Numbered from the whole stretch's first letter, positions 1 to 13,911 are shown. The stretch: 63,878 nucleotides of DNA, filler included, from Octopus bimaculoides (GCF_001194135.2; 6 parts of 6 records of this genome joined end to end with filler, not necessarily neighbours in it); one strand, 5' to 3'. The notes: generated by a model from the sequence alone, not told the origin. Numbers and translations: made by a program.

Positions 1-45
1 TGAGATAATAGTTTACACATGTGTGTGAGTATTAGGGAATATGTG

Positions 46-116
<71 letters not shown>

Positions 117-142
117 GTGTTTGTGTGTGTGTTTGTGTTTGT

Positions 143-173
<31 letters not shown>

Positions 174-966
174 CTTTTACATTTGTCTTGACTGAGTCGG
201 AGTGATATTGACCTCAGGATGGTATCATAATAGTATCCTGAAATGTTGTTTATTAGAGACATTCCAACCATGATCATCCTGTTTATCCAGGGACATCTTT
301 TAACGCGTTCTTCCCATATCTTTGTAAATAGACATGATTTGAGAAGTTTTGGCTGCTATTTTTGGTAGAGCATATAACCATATAGCTATGTCCTTGTTGG
401 TTTATAGTTTTTGGGATGTCGTTGTTGTTCTTTAACCCTAGGTTAGTTCTGCTTGAGCAGTCCTATGATCAACTGATTGAGCAGACTTATGGTCACATGA
501 TCTACAAAAAATAGTAGCCCAAGATTCCTCAAATCACACCATACTATTTAAAAAATATGACTTCCAAGTATGACCATCATGTTTTTTTTTATTCTATTCT
601 GTTTTACAATTTGTAAAGGAACTTAGGGTCTTATTTATTATGTCCCTTCCTAAGATGATGAGGATGACTTGGGGAGGTAGTTTGGTTGCTATTTCTTTTA
701 AACCAAATGACGATGTAGAAGTTCTTCATTAGCTCATTTCAAGGATGTTGTAAGTGGCGAGGGAGTCTATGTGGTAGCAGTAAGAGACTAGACCTCTTAT
801 GACGATGACGACAATGACGGTGGCGGTAGTGGCAGCGATGATGACGACAACGACGACGTCAGTGGTGATGGCGACGATGACGATGACAACGATGATGATG
901 ATTGTGGTGATAACATGCTCTGCATGCGGTCTATGATGTTAAGGGGAGCTTTATTAAAGAGTCTGT

Positions 967-1352
967 GTGGAGGCGCAATGGCCCAGTGGTTAGGGCAGCG
1001 GACTCGCGGTCATAGGATCGCGGTTTCGATTCCCAGACTGGGCGTTGTGAGTGTTTATTGAGTGAAAACACCTAAAGCTCCACTAGGCTCCGGCAGGGGA
1101 TGGTGGTGAACCCTGCTGTACTCTTTCACCACAACTTTCTCTCACTCTTACTTCCTGTTTCTGTTGTGCCTGTATTCCAAAGTGTCAGCCTTGTCACACT
1201 GTCACGCTGAATATCCCAGAGAACTACGTTAAGGGTACACGTGTCTGTGGAGTGCTCAGCCACTTGCACGTTAATTTCACGAGCTGGCTGTTCCATTGAT
1301 CGGATCAACTGGAACCCTCGACGTCGTAAGCGACGGAGTGCCAACAGCAACA
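967..1352 (+). mobile_element. tRNA-derived SINE family A, full length with 14-bp TSD
   Basis: Pol III A box TGGCCCAGTGG and B box GGTTTCGATTCC; TSD ATTAAAGAGTCTGT at 953-966 and 1353-1366; homologous to 12066-12436 and 55203-55576. Confidence 0.9.
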
Positions 1353-1611
1353 ATTAAAGAGTCTGTACTCAGTTACTCATCATACACAAACCTCTCTGCA
1401 TCTGTCTTTAAAATGAACCCCTTCCCAACTACTCCAGAGTGTCCCTTTTTTTTTTTAAACTCTTTTGATGCCAACCCACCTGTAACCAATCTTGGTTCTA
1501 CAGTACAAACTTCTCATATTAAAGTAATCTAATTTAAAGCTTGTCATTAATATTCTATGTTAATTAAAGAATTTTTCATAAAAATTCCATGTCAATTCAT
1601 TTCAGACTCAT

Positions 1612-1930
1612 AATCATCATTTAGCATCTGTTTTCCGTGCTGGCATGGATTGGACAGTTTGACAAGGGGCTGGTAGGGTCAGGAGCTGCACCAGGCTCCA
1701 TTGTCTGTTTTGGCATGGTTTCTACAGCTGGGATGGCCTTCCTAGCACCAACCACTTTACAGAGTGTACTGGCTGCTTTTTACGTGGCACCAGCAACAAT
1801 GCATTTTATGTGGCACCATCACCGGTGCTTTTTCTGTGGCACCATCACCAGTGGCACCAGTGCCTGTGCTTTTTATGCGGCACAAGCCCAGTTCTTTTTA
1901 CACGGCACCATCACCAGTGCTTTTTATAAG
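1612..1930 (-). mobile_element. Family D element (RTE-type (GAT)n tail) with internal ~25-bp tandem repeats
   Basis: GGATGGCCTTCCTAGCACCAACCAC motif; about five TTTTAYGTGGCACCATCACCRGTGC units at 1780-1930. Confidence 0.7.
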
Positions 1931-2689
1931 GGATGAAATGAGGGTCGGGAGGAAGAAGGTTGATGGGGGCAGAGCCCCTAATAGACAAAGATCGAATCGG
2001 GTAAATAACAACAAATTTACTTTACTGTATTCTCATTATGTTTGCATCTAATCGAAATAAAGCACATGTATTTCAAGAAAAATATGATAACTAGGGGATT
2101 AAGACCATCAGGTATCATTCTAAGATTTGGCTGCTATTTTTAGTAGGGTCAGACTTCAGATAGAGCCTCCCTCGTTGGGTTGTTGGTGAAGCAGTAATGT
2201 CAGAGGAATTGGTGATGATACATGAGTTGTTGTTGGTGGGACGGTGGTGGTGGTGAGTTTAGTCTTTGCATCATTCTGCTCGTCGTCTCCGAGTGTATCG
2301 ATGCTATTATTGTCAATTATTTTTGACCTTACTTTACCATACAGGAAGAGGAAATGGTGACATCATGTGACAGGGTGGATGCATGTATGATGAGGGTAAT
2401 GGTGGTGGTGGTGGTGGTGGCAGTGGTAACGATGAGATCAGTGATGAGATCATGTTGATGGTTATGGCAGTGATGCCAATGAGGAGTCAACAACCATTAT
2501 GTATATATGTATATAGGCACATACAAGCGTAATTGCATACATACATTCATGTGACTGTGTGTGTGTGTTTATGTGTGTATGTGTGTGTGTGTGTGTGTTT
2601 TCTATACATTTTATTTGCATGTGTGCCATAATGTCAACCTGGACATGTTAACAAAGGAATAATGAATTTTGCTCCCTTCCCTCTGACAG

Positions 2690-3060
2690 CAGAATCACAC
2701 ATACACACATACACACCCATGTACGCACATGTACACACGCATACATACATGCACACACACACACACATGCATGCACACACACTCANNNNNNNNNNCACAC
2801 GCATACATACATGCACACACACACACACATGCATGCACACACACTCACACACATACATAAACTCTCACACACACTTACTTACATACAAACTCTCACACAC
2901 ACATCCACATGCATGCTCACATACACATACACATGCATGCACACACACACACACATTCTCTCAGATACACACTCACACACATTCTCTCAGACACGCACTC
3001 ACACATACACACGCACACACACACTCTCTCTCTCACACACACACACACACACATGCACAT
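2690..3060. repeat. Compound (CA)n/(CT)n microsatellite
   Basis: Directly visible. Confidence 0.95.
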
Positions 3061-3359
3061 AAAGATGAAGGAAGCTGAATTTGTTGATTTCAATGTTGAT
3101 AAGCCATTTTGGTAAAGATGCAAATGTCTCTGATGCATTTGGTGAAATGGAAGCATTTACAGGCTGAGCAATGTCTAAAAGGATTCTTTGATTTTCTTCT
3201 GGTAATCTTTGGAGGCATTGCTGTTGCTGTATGGCCCCAAGCCAACCCTGGTTGAATAGAGGCAGGTAAATACTCTTTCTTCCCTATTAGTGGTGGTGGT
3301 CAATGAAATTCTTCATGAACTGTAAGAAGTGTTCTTTGCCAATATTACTGTTGTGCAAA

Positions 3360-3800
3360 GTGGCGAGCTGGCAGATATGTTAGCACACCAGGCAAAATCC
3401 TTAGTGGTATTTCGTCTGCCATTACGTTCTCAGTTCAAATTCCACCGAGGTCGACTTTGCCTTTCATCCTTTCAGGGTCAATAAAGTACCAGTTATGCAC
3501 TGGGGTTGATGTAATTGACTTAATCCCTTTGTATGTCCTTGTTTGTCCCCCTCTATGTCTAGCCCCTTGTGGGCAATAAAGAAAAAAGAAATGTTAGCAC
3601 GCTGGGCAAAATGCTTAGCGGTACTTCGTCTGTCTTTATGTTCTGAGTTCAAATTCCACCAAGGTCAAGTTTGTCTTTCATCCTTTCNNNNNNNNNNAGC
3701 GGTACTTCGTCTGTCTTTATGTTCTGAGTTCAAATTCCACCAAGGTCAAGTTTGTCTTTCATCCTTTCAGGGCCTAGAAATTAAGTACCAGTTGCGTACT
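3360..3800 (+). mobile_element. Two tandem copies of SINE family B (head GGCGAGCTGGCAGAA..GTTAGCAC)
   Basis: Shared motifs CTGAGTTCAAATTCC and GTCGACTTTGCCTTTCATCCTTTCGGGGTCGATAAA..AAGTACCAG; several CpGs decayed. Confidence 0.8.
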
Positions 3801-3904
3801 GGGGCCTCATGGAGGAGAGGTGGCTGAGTTCCTATTGAGCATTGGGCCCCATGGAGGCAATGACCGAGACCTTTGGCATTATGTCATACTTGAAAAGAAG
3901 GCCC

Positions 3905-4170
3905 ATCAAGCTGATCACAGCTGCCCATCACTGTTGTGGCAGATACCAGTGACATGCAAATGGCACCCATGCCAGTGGCACGTAAAAGCACCCATTACAC
4001 TCTCATTACACTTGGTGTTAGGAAGGGCATCTAGCTGTAGAAAACCATGCCAAATCAGACTGGAGCCTGGTACAGCCTTCCAGCATCCCAGCCCAGTCAA
4101 ACCGTCCAACCCATGCCAGCATGAACAACAGATGTTAAATGATGATGACAATGATGACGACGATGATGAT
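3905..4170 (+). mobile_element. Family D element, diverged
   Basis: GTTAGGAAGGGCATCTAGCTGTAGAAAA..AACCCATGCCAGCATG..GTTAAATGATGATG. Confidence 0.8.
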
Positions 4171-4399
4171 GATATATGTACATGCACAAACACACTTGAT
4201 TGCTCTAAGTATGTTGGAACATTGTTTTACTTCCTCTATATCATCTATGTTTGTTGTGAATATTTTAGGGGAGTCGTATGTAATAAATAATTATTCTTAG
4301 TATTTTCATCTTCTGTGAACGCGACACATTTATGTTGTAGGGTGTATTTACTGTTCCTGGTGTTGCTGGTAAGAAAGGAGCCAGTAAGATTTGACGGAT

Positions 4400-4800
4400 G
4401 CTAATTGAAGCCTGTTGTGGAGTGGAGTCAGGTTTCATCTATGTGATTCAAATAAAACTGGGGACAGTTGGCGGTGGGAGGATAGTTGTGCAGCGGTGTG
4501 TGTAGAGAAAGGCAAAGAAGATACGAATGTGATGTCATTTGCTGGTTGTATGTTTTGGTGAGATGTATGAATATTACATAAGCAAATGTTACAAAGAGTT
4601 GGCTTGAAGAAGGATACCTGTTGTGATACATTTGGTAAATTCTAAGCCACCCTTCTTCTCCCAGAAGTGTTGTTGTTGTACGGTGGAGCACTTTATGATA
4701 TTTCTTAAGATGGTGTTGAGTATTTTCTGTGTGAATAAACAGTGAAGGATAGATTCTTAAAACTTTGTTTTCATTGATATGGTGGGAGAGAGAGAGGAGG
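4400..4800 (-). mobile_element. Possible highly decayed Penelope-like GIY-YIG remnant
   Basis: Weak C..C and CP..Y..ET-like patterns only. Confidence 0.3.
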
Positions 4801-5829
4801 AGGAGGAGGTCTTGTTTTTGAGGAAGTTACAAGGTTTGTTTTGCTTGGTTAAATAGTAGTTGTCAGGTGACCTGGATATATTTTGTTTTATAGTTTTTTC
4901 ATTTTATTGGTTTCAGTCTTTGCACTGCGGCCATGCTGGGGCATCACCATGAACAGTAGTTTTAGGCACCATCTTGAAGGATGGTCGCTGTATATGTTTC
5001 TATATTTTTCTTTGTGTATGTGTGTGAATCTACTTGGGTCTGTATAAATGAATACATATGTGTGTATGCATATTTGAGCATGTTTATATGTTTATGTGTA
5101 TGTGTGTATGTGTGTGTGTGTGTGTGTATTTGCAGGTATACGTAATGTAGTTAGCCTTTGTGGACAGGTGAGCTTTGTGTGTTTGTGTGTGGATATATGT
5201 GGGTGTGCGTGGGTGTATAAGGATGTATTATAATCTTTATAGGCAGGCTATATTGTGTGTATGTAGTCTTTAGTGATTGATTAATCTGTGTGTATGTCTT
5301 TGTGTATGTGTGTGTGTGTGTGTGTGTTTGCATGTGTTGATTTGTTGTATGTTGACTAAACATGTCAGTGTGTGTCAATTAAGCTAGGAAGTCAAAGTTT
5401 TTTAAATGCGTCAATCAGCTTTGTGTGTGTGTGTGTCTGCATGTATGCATCTGTATGTGTGGGTGTATAAGTGTGTGTGCGTGTAAATGGCAGTATAATA
5501 TTTGCTGACACACACAAAACAAATTTGTGTGTGTGTATGTGTGTATATGTGTAGGAGTATGTGATTGTTTATCCACATGTTAAACATGTGTGTGTGTGAG
5601 TGTATATGCATATTCATTGATGACATAAATCATTGTGTAAGTATGTATGTGTTTGTGTTAACATGTCAAACCACTGTGTGCGTATGTGATGTGGATTTGT
5701 GTAAGAATATAGCAGACATGGCCGAATGGTTAATAAGTCTGCTTCAGAATCAGGAGATCACAGGTTCAATCCCACTACCTTTCTTCTTGTACTTCTTTCA
5801 GTCGTGAGACTGGGGCTATTCTGGGGCAC

Positions 5830-6589
5830 TATTACTCTTTACTCGCTTTTACTTGTTTCAGTCATTTGACTGTGGCCATGCTGGAGCACCGCCTTTAGTT
5901 GAGCAAATTGACCCCAGGACTTATTCTTTGTAAGCCTAGTACTTATTCTATCGGTCTCTTTTGCCGAACCGCTAAGTTACGGGGACATAAACACACCAGC
6001 ATCGGTTGTCAAGCGATGTTGGGGGGACAAACACAGACACAAACACACACACACACACACACACACACANNNNNNNNNNNNNNNNNNNNNNNNNNNNNNN
6101 NNNNNNNNNNNNNNNNNNNNNNNNNNNNNNNNNNNNNNNNNNNNNNNNNNNNNNNNNNNNNNNNNNNNNNNNNNNNNNNNNNNNNNNNNNNNNNNNNNNN
6201 NNNNNNNNNNNNNNNNNNNNNNNNNNNNNNNNNNNNNNNNNNNNNNNNNNNNNNNNNNNNNNNNNNNNNNNNNNNNNNNNNNNNNNNNNNNNNNNNNNNN
6301 NNNNNNNNNNNNNNNNNNNNNNNNNNNNNNNNNNNNNNNNNNNNNNNNNNNNNNNNNNNNNNNNNNNNNNNNNNNNNNNNNNNNNNNNNNNNNNNNNNNN
6401 NNNNNNNNNNNNNNNNNNNNNNNNNNNNNNNNNNNNNNNNNNNNNNNNNNNNNNNNNNNNNNNNNNNNNNNNNNNNNNNNNNNNNNNNNNNNNNNNNNNN
6501 NNNNNNNNNNNNNNNNNNNNNNNNNNNNNNNNNNNNNNNNNNNNNNNNNNNCACACACACACACTCTCACACACAGACACACAGAGACA

Positions 6590-6632
<43 letters not shown>

Positions 6633-6775
6633 ACATACACACACAATAAGCTTCTTTCGGTTTCCGTCTACCAAATCCACTCAGATAGCTTTGATTGGTC
6701 TGAGGCTATAGTAGAAGACACTTGCCCAAGGTGCTATGCAGTGGGACCGAACATGGAACCACAGCTGTGTCTATG
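5830..6775 (-). mobile_element. SINE family C (tRNA head + CORE-like CCTTGGGCAAG block) with internal (CA)n and N gap
   Basis: Both halves match 58912-59295 in reverse; internal microsatellite spans the gap. Confidence 0.75.
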
Positions 6776-7516
6776 TTTGTATTATTTACTCAGTTTACCC
6801 AATTTCAAATAATTTCTGTAATTTGAGGACTAAATTGCGTGAATACCATCACCAAGGACATTACCTCTCAATGCTTTAATGATTTAAATATCCTATTTAC
6901 TAATATTAGCTCAGATCAAATTACCAATCCTTCCACCGTCAAACTTAAAACATTCATTTGCTGACCGTTAATAACAATATTAATAAATGCATGAGACAAA
7001 GGACGCTTCAAGAAAAGTTTAGGAAATTAAATCCATTGGTAATTAATAATCACATGATTTGCTTAAAGAAAAAACAAAAATGGTCTTTTCTCTTACTCTT
7101 CTAGTGTATGGCATCAATTACTGGACATGACTGTATTCATGTCAACCTCTTCCATAGAAAGAGATAGAAAAATCCATTTTGGAGAATCAGTTACTTAAAT
7201 AACTTCCTGTTTTGTGTCCTCTTTTGTAACAATAGCCGTAGTATTTGTGAAGATATCATGGCTACAATTGCATGTATTCATGCAATCTAACTCTGGTTTG
7301 TAATACAACTGTTACCATTTCCTGTGTTTAAATTTTTGAGTAATTGTAACCTTATAGAGTTAACATCCATTGACAAGGTTGCAAAAGCAATGAAAAAATT
7401 GAAATAAAAAATATAGATAATAAATGAGTGAAAATCAAACCAGTGAGTGTGTTAGATAATAAGGCATTAAGACATTATGACTCTCCCCGGACACAACCAA
7501 ATATAACCTTGTATTT

Positions 7517-7720
7517 CATCATCATCATCATTTAACGTCCGTTATCCATGCTGGCATGGGTTGGATGGTTTCACTGGGCTGGTACATTGGAAGGCTGCAC
7601 CAGACTCCAGTCTGATTTGGTATGGTTTTCTATAACTGGATGCCCTTCCTAATGCCAACCAGTCCCAGAGTGTAATGGGTGTTTTTAAGTGCCACCGGCA
7701 TGAGTGTCATTTGTGATGAT
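7517..7720 (-). mobile_element. Family D element
   Basis: (CAT)n TTTAACGTCCG..CATGCTGGCATGGGTTGGA..GGATGCCCTTCCTAATGCCAACC. Confidence 0.8.
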
Positions 7721-8295
7721 GACAATGACAAAGATAATTATTATGATGATATTCCATCAATACTGTTTAGTGATTAACATTGTTGGAAATAGATGGAATT
7801 CAGCAAAAAACAAAAAACAAACAAAACAAAACAAAACAAGAAAGACAACAATATGAAATAGAATAAAAAGTACATAAATCACAATAGAACAAATTTGAAC
7901 GAATGTAATGCGATCTGAGAGAGAGGATCTTTAAGAATGTTCTAATTTTCACTTAATATAGGGAGAACAGGATAATTTCAGTTGAGAATTACAAATTAGT
8001 CCGTCATAAGAGACATTTGGTAACAATTAAGTCTATCACTCCCGCTTGTTTTTCTTTCTGACCTCACCCATCTCTCTCTCTCTCTCTCTCTTTCTCTCTT
8101 GCCCTCTTCTTCTCTGCGTGACCAACTGTTTGTCTGATTGTCTGTCTCTGATCTTGCTATATAATCATATGATGACTAGATCTTTGGTGATCCACAAAGC
8201 CTGACTGTCAAAGACCAAGGCAAAAATAATCTTTGAACTCCCTAGCAGTAACCAGTCCCTTTCACTTTCTTTTTTTCTTTCTTTCTTTCTTTCTT

Positions 8296-8340
<45 letters not shown>

Positions 8341-8387
8341 CACACACACACACATATATACATACACACTTGCATACATACAAACAT

Positions 8388-8420
<33 letters not shown>

Positions 8421-8755
8421 AAGTTTTAAATTTAAATGTTGACATAGGAATAAATTTCAATAATAATGGATATTAGCATCAAAACTATNNNNNNNNNNNN
8501 NNNNNNNNNNNNNNNNNNNNNNNNNNNNNNNNNNNNNNNNNNNNNNNNNNNNNNNNNNNNNNNNNNNNNNNNNNNNNNNNNNNNNNNNNNNNNNNNNNNN
8601 NNNNNNNNNNNNNNNNNNNNNNNNNNNNNNNNNNNNNNNNNNNNNNNNNNNNNNNACAATATATATATGTATATGTATGTATATGCATACATACATACAT
8701 ACATACGCACACATAATACGTATATGTATATATATATATATATAATACGTATATG

Positions 8756-8795
<40 letters not shown>

Positions 8796-9076
8796 ATATA
8801 TCTCCTCCATATTTTAAAGAGGTCTTGGGCCAACAGGTTTTTGGGATCTGACAATACGCCATAAAGCTAAACACTTTATGGATGGGAAACCTAAGGTAAT
8901 TCCATAAACTGGCCTTCCCCATTTTTAATAGATATATCTATAAATAATAAATGGCATATAATATATATATATATATATATGTATATAGGGAGAATTTACA
9001 AAAAAACAAAAGACGAAGACTGGTGGTGTAGAAAACAAACAGATGTATTAGTATAACGCTTGGGAATTGAGAAAGT

Positions 9077-9112
9077 CTTTAACGTTTCGAGCCTACGCTC
9101 TTTTACAGAAAG
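9077..9112 (-). ncRNA. Degenerate minimal hammerhead ribozyme
   Basis: CUUU CUGUAAA A GAGC-guag-GCUC GAAA C GUU AAAG: stems intact, CUGANGA box mutated. Confidence 0.45.
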
Positions 9113-9411
9113 GAACACGAAAAGAAAGAAGGAGAGAAACAAAGAGAGAAAAAAATGTGTGTAGTGGTTAGCGATCTATCGTGCATATATGGGTATAGGA
9201 CGTCACCAATGGTGCAAATAACATGAAATACATCAACAAACAAGTTAAATACATAAACAAGAAAAAATGGAAAACAAGACAAGAAAATACAGAGAAAGGA
9301 TCCTTCATCAGTTGTTGGCTGTCTGTCTGCTCCTCATTTCGAGCATTCAACAACAATATGAGTCTATATACATACACACACACACACACACTCACACACA
9401 CACACACACAC

Positions 9412-9446
<35 letters not shown>

Positions 9447-9930
9447 AGTATGTATGTATTGAATACATATGCACACTCTCACACATATTCAAATACACAT
9501 TTATACATAAACACATGAATCTGCTCACACTTGACTTGCGTACGTAATTACACACACACACACACATGGTTGTTGTCAGTGGTGGTGGTGGTAGTAGTAG
9601 TAGTAGCAGTGGTAGTAGTAGTAGTATTAGTGGTGGTGGTGGTGGTGGTGGTAGTCACCAGGTTTCTGATCCTAAGCACTTCTTAGCCACAGCTAAGAGT
9701 CATTAGCGAACCACCTCACTTACGCCAGCGTTGTGGGAGTGCTGGCTTAGGCACCACATACAACGAATCCCAGTCTATAACAGGTTGTCCTGGATTACAT
9801 CTTAAGTGGGGGTACTCAGATCAACATGACATCATCCACACACACACACACATACACAAATCTGTGCGTATGCACACACACACACACACACACACACATA
9901 CATATATATAAAGAATAGTGAAAACACGAA

Positions 9931-9965
<35 letters not shown>

Positions 9966-10009
9966 CACACATACACACACACACACATATGCACAGATCT
10001 TTTTTTTTT

Positions 10010-10400
10010 ATCTTTTACTTTTACTTCTTCGACTGTGGCCATGCTGGAGCACAGCTTTGAAAAACTTTAGTTGAATAAATCAGCCCCAGGATTTATTATT
10101 TGCTTGGTATTTATTCTATCAGTTTTTTTTTTTGCTGAACCACTAAGTTATGGGGATATAAACACACTAACACCGGTTGTCAAGCGGTGTGTGAGGGTAC
10201 AAACACAGATACAAAGATAGAAAGATGCATGCACGCATGCACACATACACTGACACACACATAAACACATAGATAATTGGCTTCTTCGGGGTTTGTCTAC
10301 CAAATCCAGTCACAAGACTCTGGTCAGGTCAGTCAAACAGTGGGACTGAACCCAGAAGTTTGTGCTCGGGAATCAAACTTCTTACCACACAGACACACCA
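10010..10400 (-). mobile_element. SINE family C
   Basis: Reverse match to both halves of family C. Confidence 0.7.
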
Positions 10401-10421
10401 GTGCCTACACACACACGCACA

Positions 10422-10423
10422 TG

Positions 10424-10457
<34 letters not shown>

Positions 10458-10605
10458 GTTTAACGTCCGCTTTCCATGCTAGCATGGGTTGGACGATTTG
10501 ACTGAGGACTGGTGAAACCGGATGGCAACACCAGGCTCCAATCTAATTTGGCAGAGTTTCTACAGCTGGATGCCCTTCCTAACGCCAACCACTCAGGGAG
10601 TGTAG
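10422..10605 (-). mobile_element. Family D element, young 3' fragment
   Basis: Nearly identical to 62405-62590. Confidence 0.88.
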
Positions 10606-11229
10606 AAAAAGTATTATGACGCCGACGTGATATATATATATATATATATTTTTATATAAGGGCATTACTATACAATAATGCCTCACGCTATGAGGGACTC
10701 TAAGGTCAGACTACCATAAAAAACACATTTTTACCGAACGCGAGGAAATGCAACTCTCAAAGCCAACCCCTTAAAATATTATATACTCTATTAGAAAATC
10801 AATATAAAGAATAGTGATAACGAGAAACCATCATAAACACAAATTATGCAAAATGTCCTGACTTAATGACTCAGGTGTTGTGAAATAAAGGAGTGTTTCA
10901 TTAACCGACATTGTTTTCAATACACCTCCATCTTCTCTCCCCACCTCTTTCTCTCTCTTTGTGAGTGTGTGTGTGTGTGTGCTTGGTTGCATGTGTGTGT
11001 ATGTGTGTGTATGTTTATGAAAGGTTGTACCTTTACGGCAATAAGTAGTGTACCAACTTCTTTCTCTTTTTTAACAGAAAAGAACCAATAAAAAACACAT
11101 ACAAAACAAAAAATAAACCAAACATCATTGTCATCGTCATCATCATCATATCATATATATATATATATAAACATACATAAATATATATAAAAAAAAGAGT
11201 ACGTGCATGGTTTGGTTTTGATTTTGTCA

Positions 11230-12016
11230 ACTACACAGTATAGTAGGGTCAGTTGGGCATTGTCTGTGAGAAAAATAGCTCCATGACACATTTCACTTTG
11301 CCAAAAATTTGAAAACGACATGCTGAAAGCTTCAATACGAACAGATAGTAATCACACAGAACAACCATTGTCTTGCCATGTCCCCAAAACATGTACCGAG
11401 AGTGATAAAAATCAAACATCCAGTCAACATCATGGTGTTTGGAGTGACCACTAGTGATGGCGATGTTATGCCTCCATTCATCTTCCCACACGGCCTCAGA
11501 CTCAACACAGAGGCCAACATCAAATGCCTGAAGGCGGTAGTGCTGCTCCGAGTCAAGAGGGTGGCTGCTGGAAGATCCTATGTCTGGCAACAGGACTCTT
11601 CATGCCACACAAGCAGGAGAACCCAGTCATTGCTGTCAGACAATTTCTGTGACCACATCACCCCTAACATCTGGCCACCTAACTACCCAGACTGCAATGC
11701 TTTGATTATTATGTGTGGGGTGCAGTTGAGCGAGAGACCAACAAATCTCCTTGTAACACCAAGCATGAACTAAAGGCAAGAGTTATGGCAGCATTCACCA
11801 GCTTAAACAAGGAGACTGTCCAGTAGAGTTGCAGGAGATTCTGAAGTTGTCTGGAAGACACGATTGAAGCCAATAGCGATTTTATTGAATAAATTGACCT
11901 TTTTAGTATTTCAAGATAGTTTCATGAAATTTTGGTAAATTTATCTGTTAAAATGAGATGTCAGTGTTATTTCTATTTTTGCATGATTTAGATGACAATA
12001 TATTCACAGCATCATG
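11230..12016 (+). mobile_element. Defective Tc1/mariner-superfamily (maT/DD37D-like) transposon, 3' part
   Basis: IMVFGVTTSDG, YVWQQDS.CHTS, WPPN.PDCN motifs; frameshifted; 5' end not seen. Confidence 0.8.
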
Positions 12017-12065
12017 TATATATGTATTATACATACATACATATGTACGTACATACATACATACC

Positions 12066-12432
12066 TCGTAGCACTCTGTTGGTTACGACAATGTGGGTTC
12101 CAGTTGATCCAATCAACGGAACAGCTTGCTCGTGAAATTAATGTGCAAGTGGCTGAGCACTCCACAGACACGTGTACCCTTAACGTAGTCCTCGGAGAGA
12201 TTCAGCCTGAGAAGGCTGGCCTTTTGAAATACAGGTACAAAAGAAACAGGAAGAAAGAGTGAAGGAATGTTGTGGTGAAAGAGTACAGCAGGGTTTGCCA
12301 TCCCCCCTGCCAGAGCCTCGTGGAGCTTTAGGTGTTTTCGCTCAATAAACACTCACAACGCCTGGTCTGGGAATCGAAGCTGCGATCCTATGACCACGAG
12401 TCCATTGCTCTAACCACTGGGTCACTGTGCCT

Positions 12433-12436
<4 letters not shown>
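12066..12436 (-). mobile_element. tRNA-derived SINE family A
   Basis: Reverse-complement homologue of 967-1352 along its length. Confidence 0.88.
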
Positions 12437-12480
<44 letters not shown>

Positions 12481-13264
12481 GCACACACATATATATGTAT
12501 GCACATGTGTGTATATGTGTGCGTGTTCTTGTTCCCCACCACTGCTTGACAATCTGTGTTGGTTTGTTTATATCCCTGTAACTTAATGGTTTGGCGAAAA
12601 GGATCGGTAGAATAAGTATCACACTACAAAAAAAAAAGCATTCGAGTTAATTTGTCCCCCACACACACACACATACAGAACATGCACACACACACACACA
12701 CATACACACACATGCAACACACATACACACACAAGCGTAACATTTGATAAGCTTTTTCATATACTTAGCAAAGGAGAACTCATCAAACAGCAACACGAAA
12801 AAACTAGAAAAAAAAAGCAAAAATAACAGAAAAAAAAATTATAAAGTGGGTAAAATAAAAGACTACATGAGAAACACTTGGCCTTTTTTTTTTTTTTTTA
12901 GAATACTTCAGCTTTGAGCAGCTGTTAGCACTCTGCAACTGTTCAGTATTCCTCCAACCCTCCCTTGTAATCACCTGCATCGTAGTACGACAACACTAAG
13001 AAATACTTTATATGTCAAATAGCTCACAACCTCCTTTCTGAAGCTGGTCTCTTATGTAACGTTAATATTCTTGCACCCCTTGTCTCTCGAAAAATCATGA
13101 CGAAAAATAAGATGAATTGTATCATTGCTCAGCTGACAATATTCTGTTTTTTTTTTAACTGTGATTCATCACAAGTGGTTGGGGTAGACCCACTGATGTT
13201 GGTGCCTCTGGTAATATATGTAAAAAAAAACATAATAAGGAGGTGAAGTGCCAGAATTGTTAGC

Positions 13265-13425
13265 ACAGGCGTGGCTGTGTGGTAAGAAGCTTGCTTCCCA
13301 ACCACAAGGCTCCAGGTTCAGTTCCACTGCATGATGCCTTGGGCAAGTGTCTTCTACTGTAGCCTCGAGCTGACCAAAGCCTTGTGAGTGGATTTGGCAG
13401 GTTGAAACTGAAAGAAGCCTGTCAT
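13265..13425 (+). mobile_element. SINE family C, 5' half
   Basis: GGCGTGGCTGTGTGGTAAGAAGCTTGCTTCC head, GGTTCAGTTCC B box, CCTTGGGCAAGTGTC. Confidence 0.8.
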
Positions 13426-13552
13426 ATGTGTATATATATATACCCCTCTTGTTCTTCCTCTGTTACTACTACGTATCTCTTTTTTCCCCCTCGTATTTCC
13501 TCTTTTTCTTTTTTCCTCTCGTTGCTCACCATTCTTCTACTTCCTCCCTCTC

Positions 13553-13652
13553 NNNNNNNNNNNNNNNNNNNNNNNNNNNNNNNNNNNNNNNNNNNNTTAA
13601 TTAATTAANNNNNNNNNNNNNNNNNNNNNNNNNNNNNNNNNNNNNNNNNNNN
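13553..13652. other. Artificial contig-join spacer (44N-TTAATTAATTAA-44N)
   Basis: Identical 100-bp design at five sites; the 12-mer puts stops in all six frames. Confidence 0.95.
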
Positions 13653-13687
<35 letters not shown>

Positions 13688-13911
13688 TATATGTAGGTAT
13701 GTATGTTTGTATGTATATAAGCAAAATGAGTTAAGAGAAATAATTTAGAGTGCCCAGCGGCAAGTATCTTAATTACATATACAAATACAGATATATCAAA
13801 TATCGCTGTACAGAAATTAATTTGCATAATTTAAACAAAAACGAGATAGATATAACTCCGAGTGGTCAAGACAAGCACAAGCAAATCAAATAGCATGTAA
13901 CATAAATTCCT

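Noticed and set aside
967-1045. tRNA genes at SINE heads (also 23790-23850 and 55203)
   Set aside because: A and B boxes are present, but there is no complete acceptor stem and each continues into a repeat body.
3617-3768. Perfect 71-bp direct repeat (also a duplication around 2785-2794)
   Set aside because: The copies flank a 10-N gap: an unmerged contig overlap.
4341-4368. Micro-exon candidates (also 3290-3320, 7105 onward, 12902 onward, 13177-13211)
   Set aside because: Splice-like signals only; peptides are unrecognised and do not chain into a coherent frame.
5899-6812. Long ORFs here and at 17915, 19255, 31152, 38020, 44945 and 49547
   Set aside because: Their length comes from N runs and microsatellites, apart from the transposon parts already annotated.
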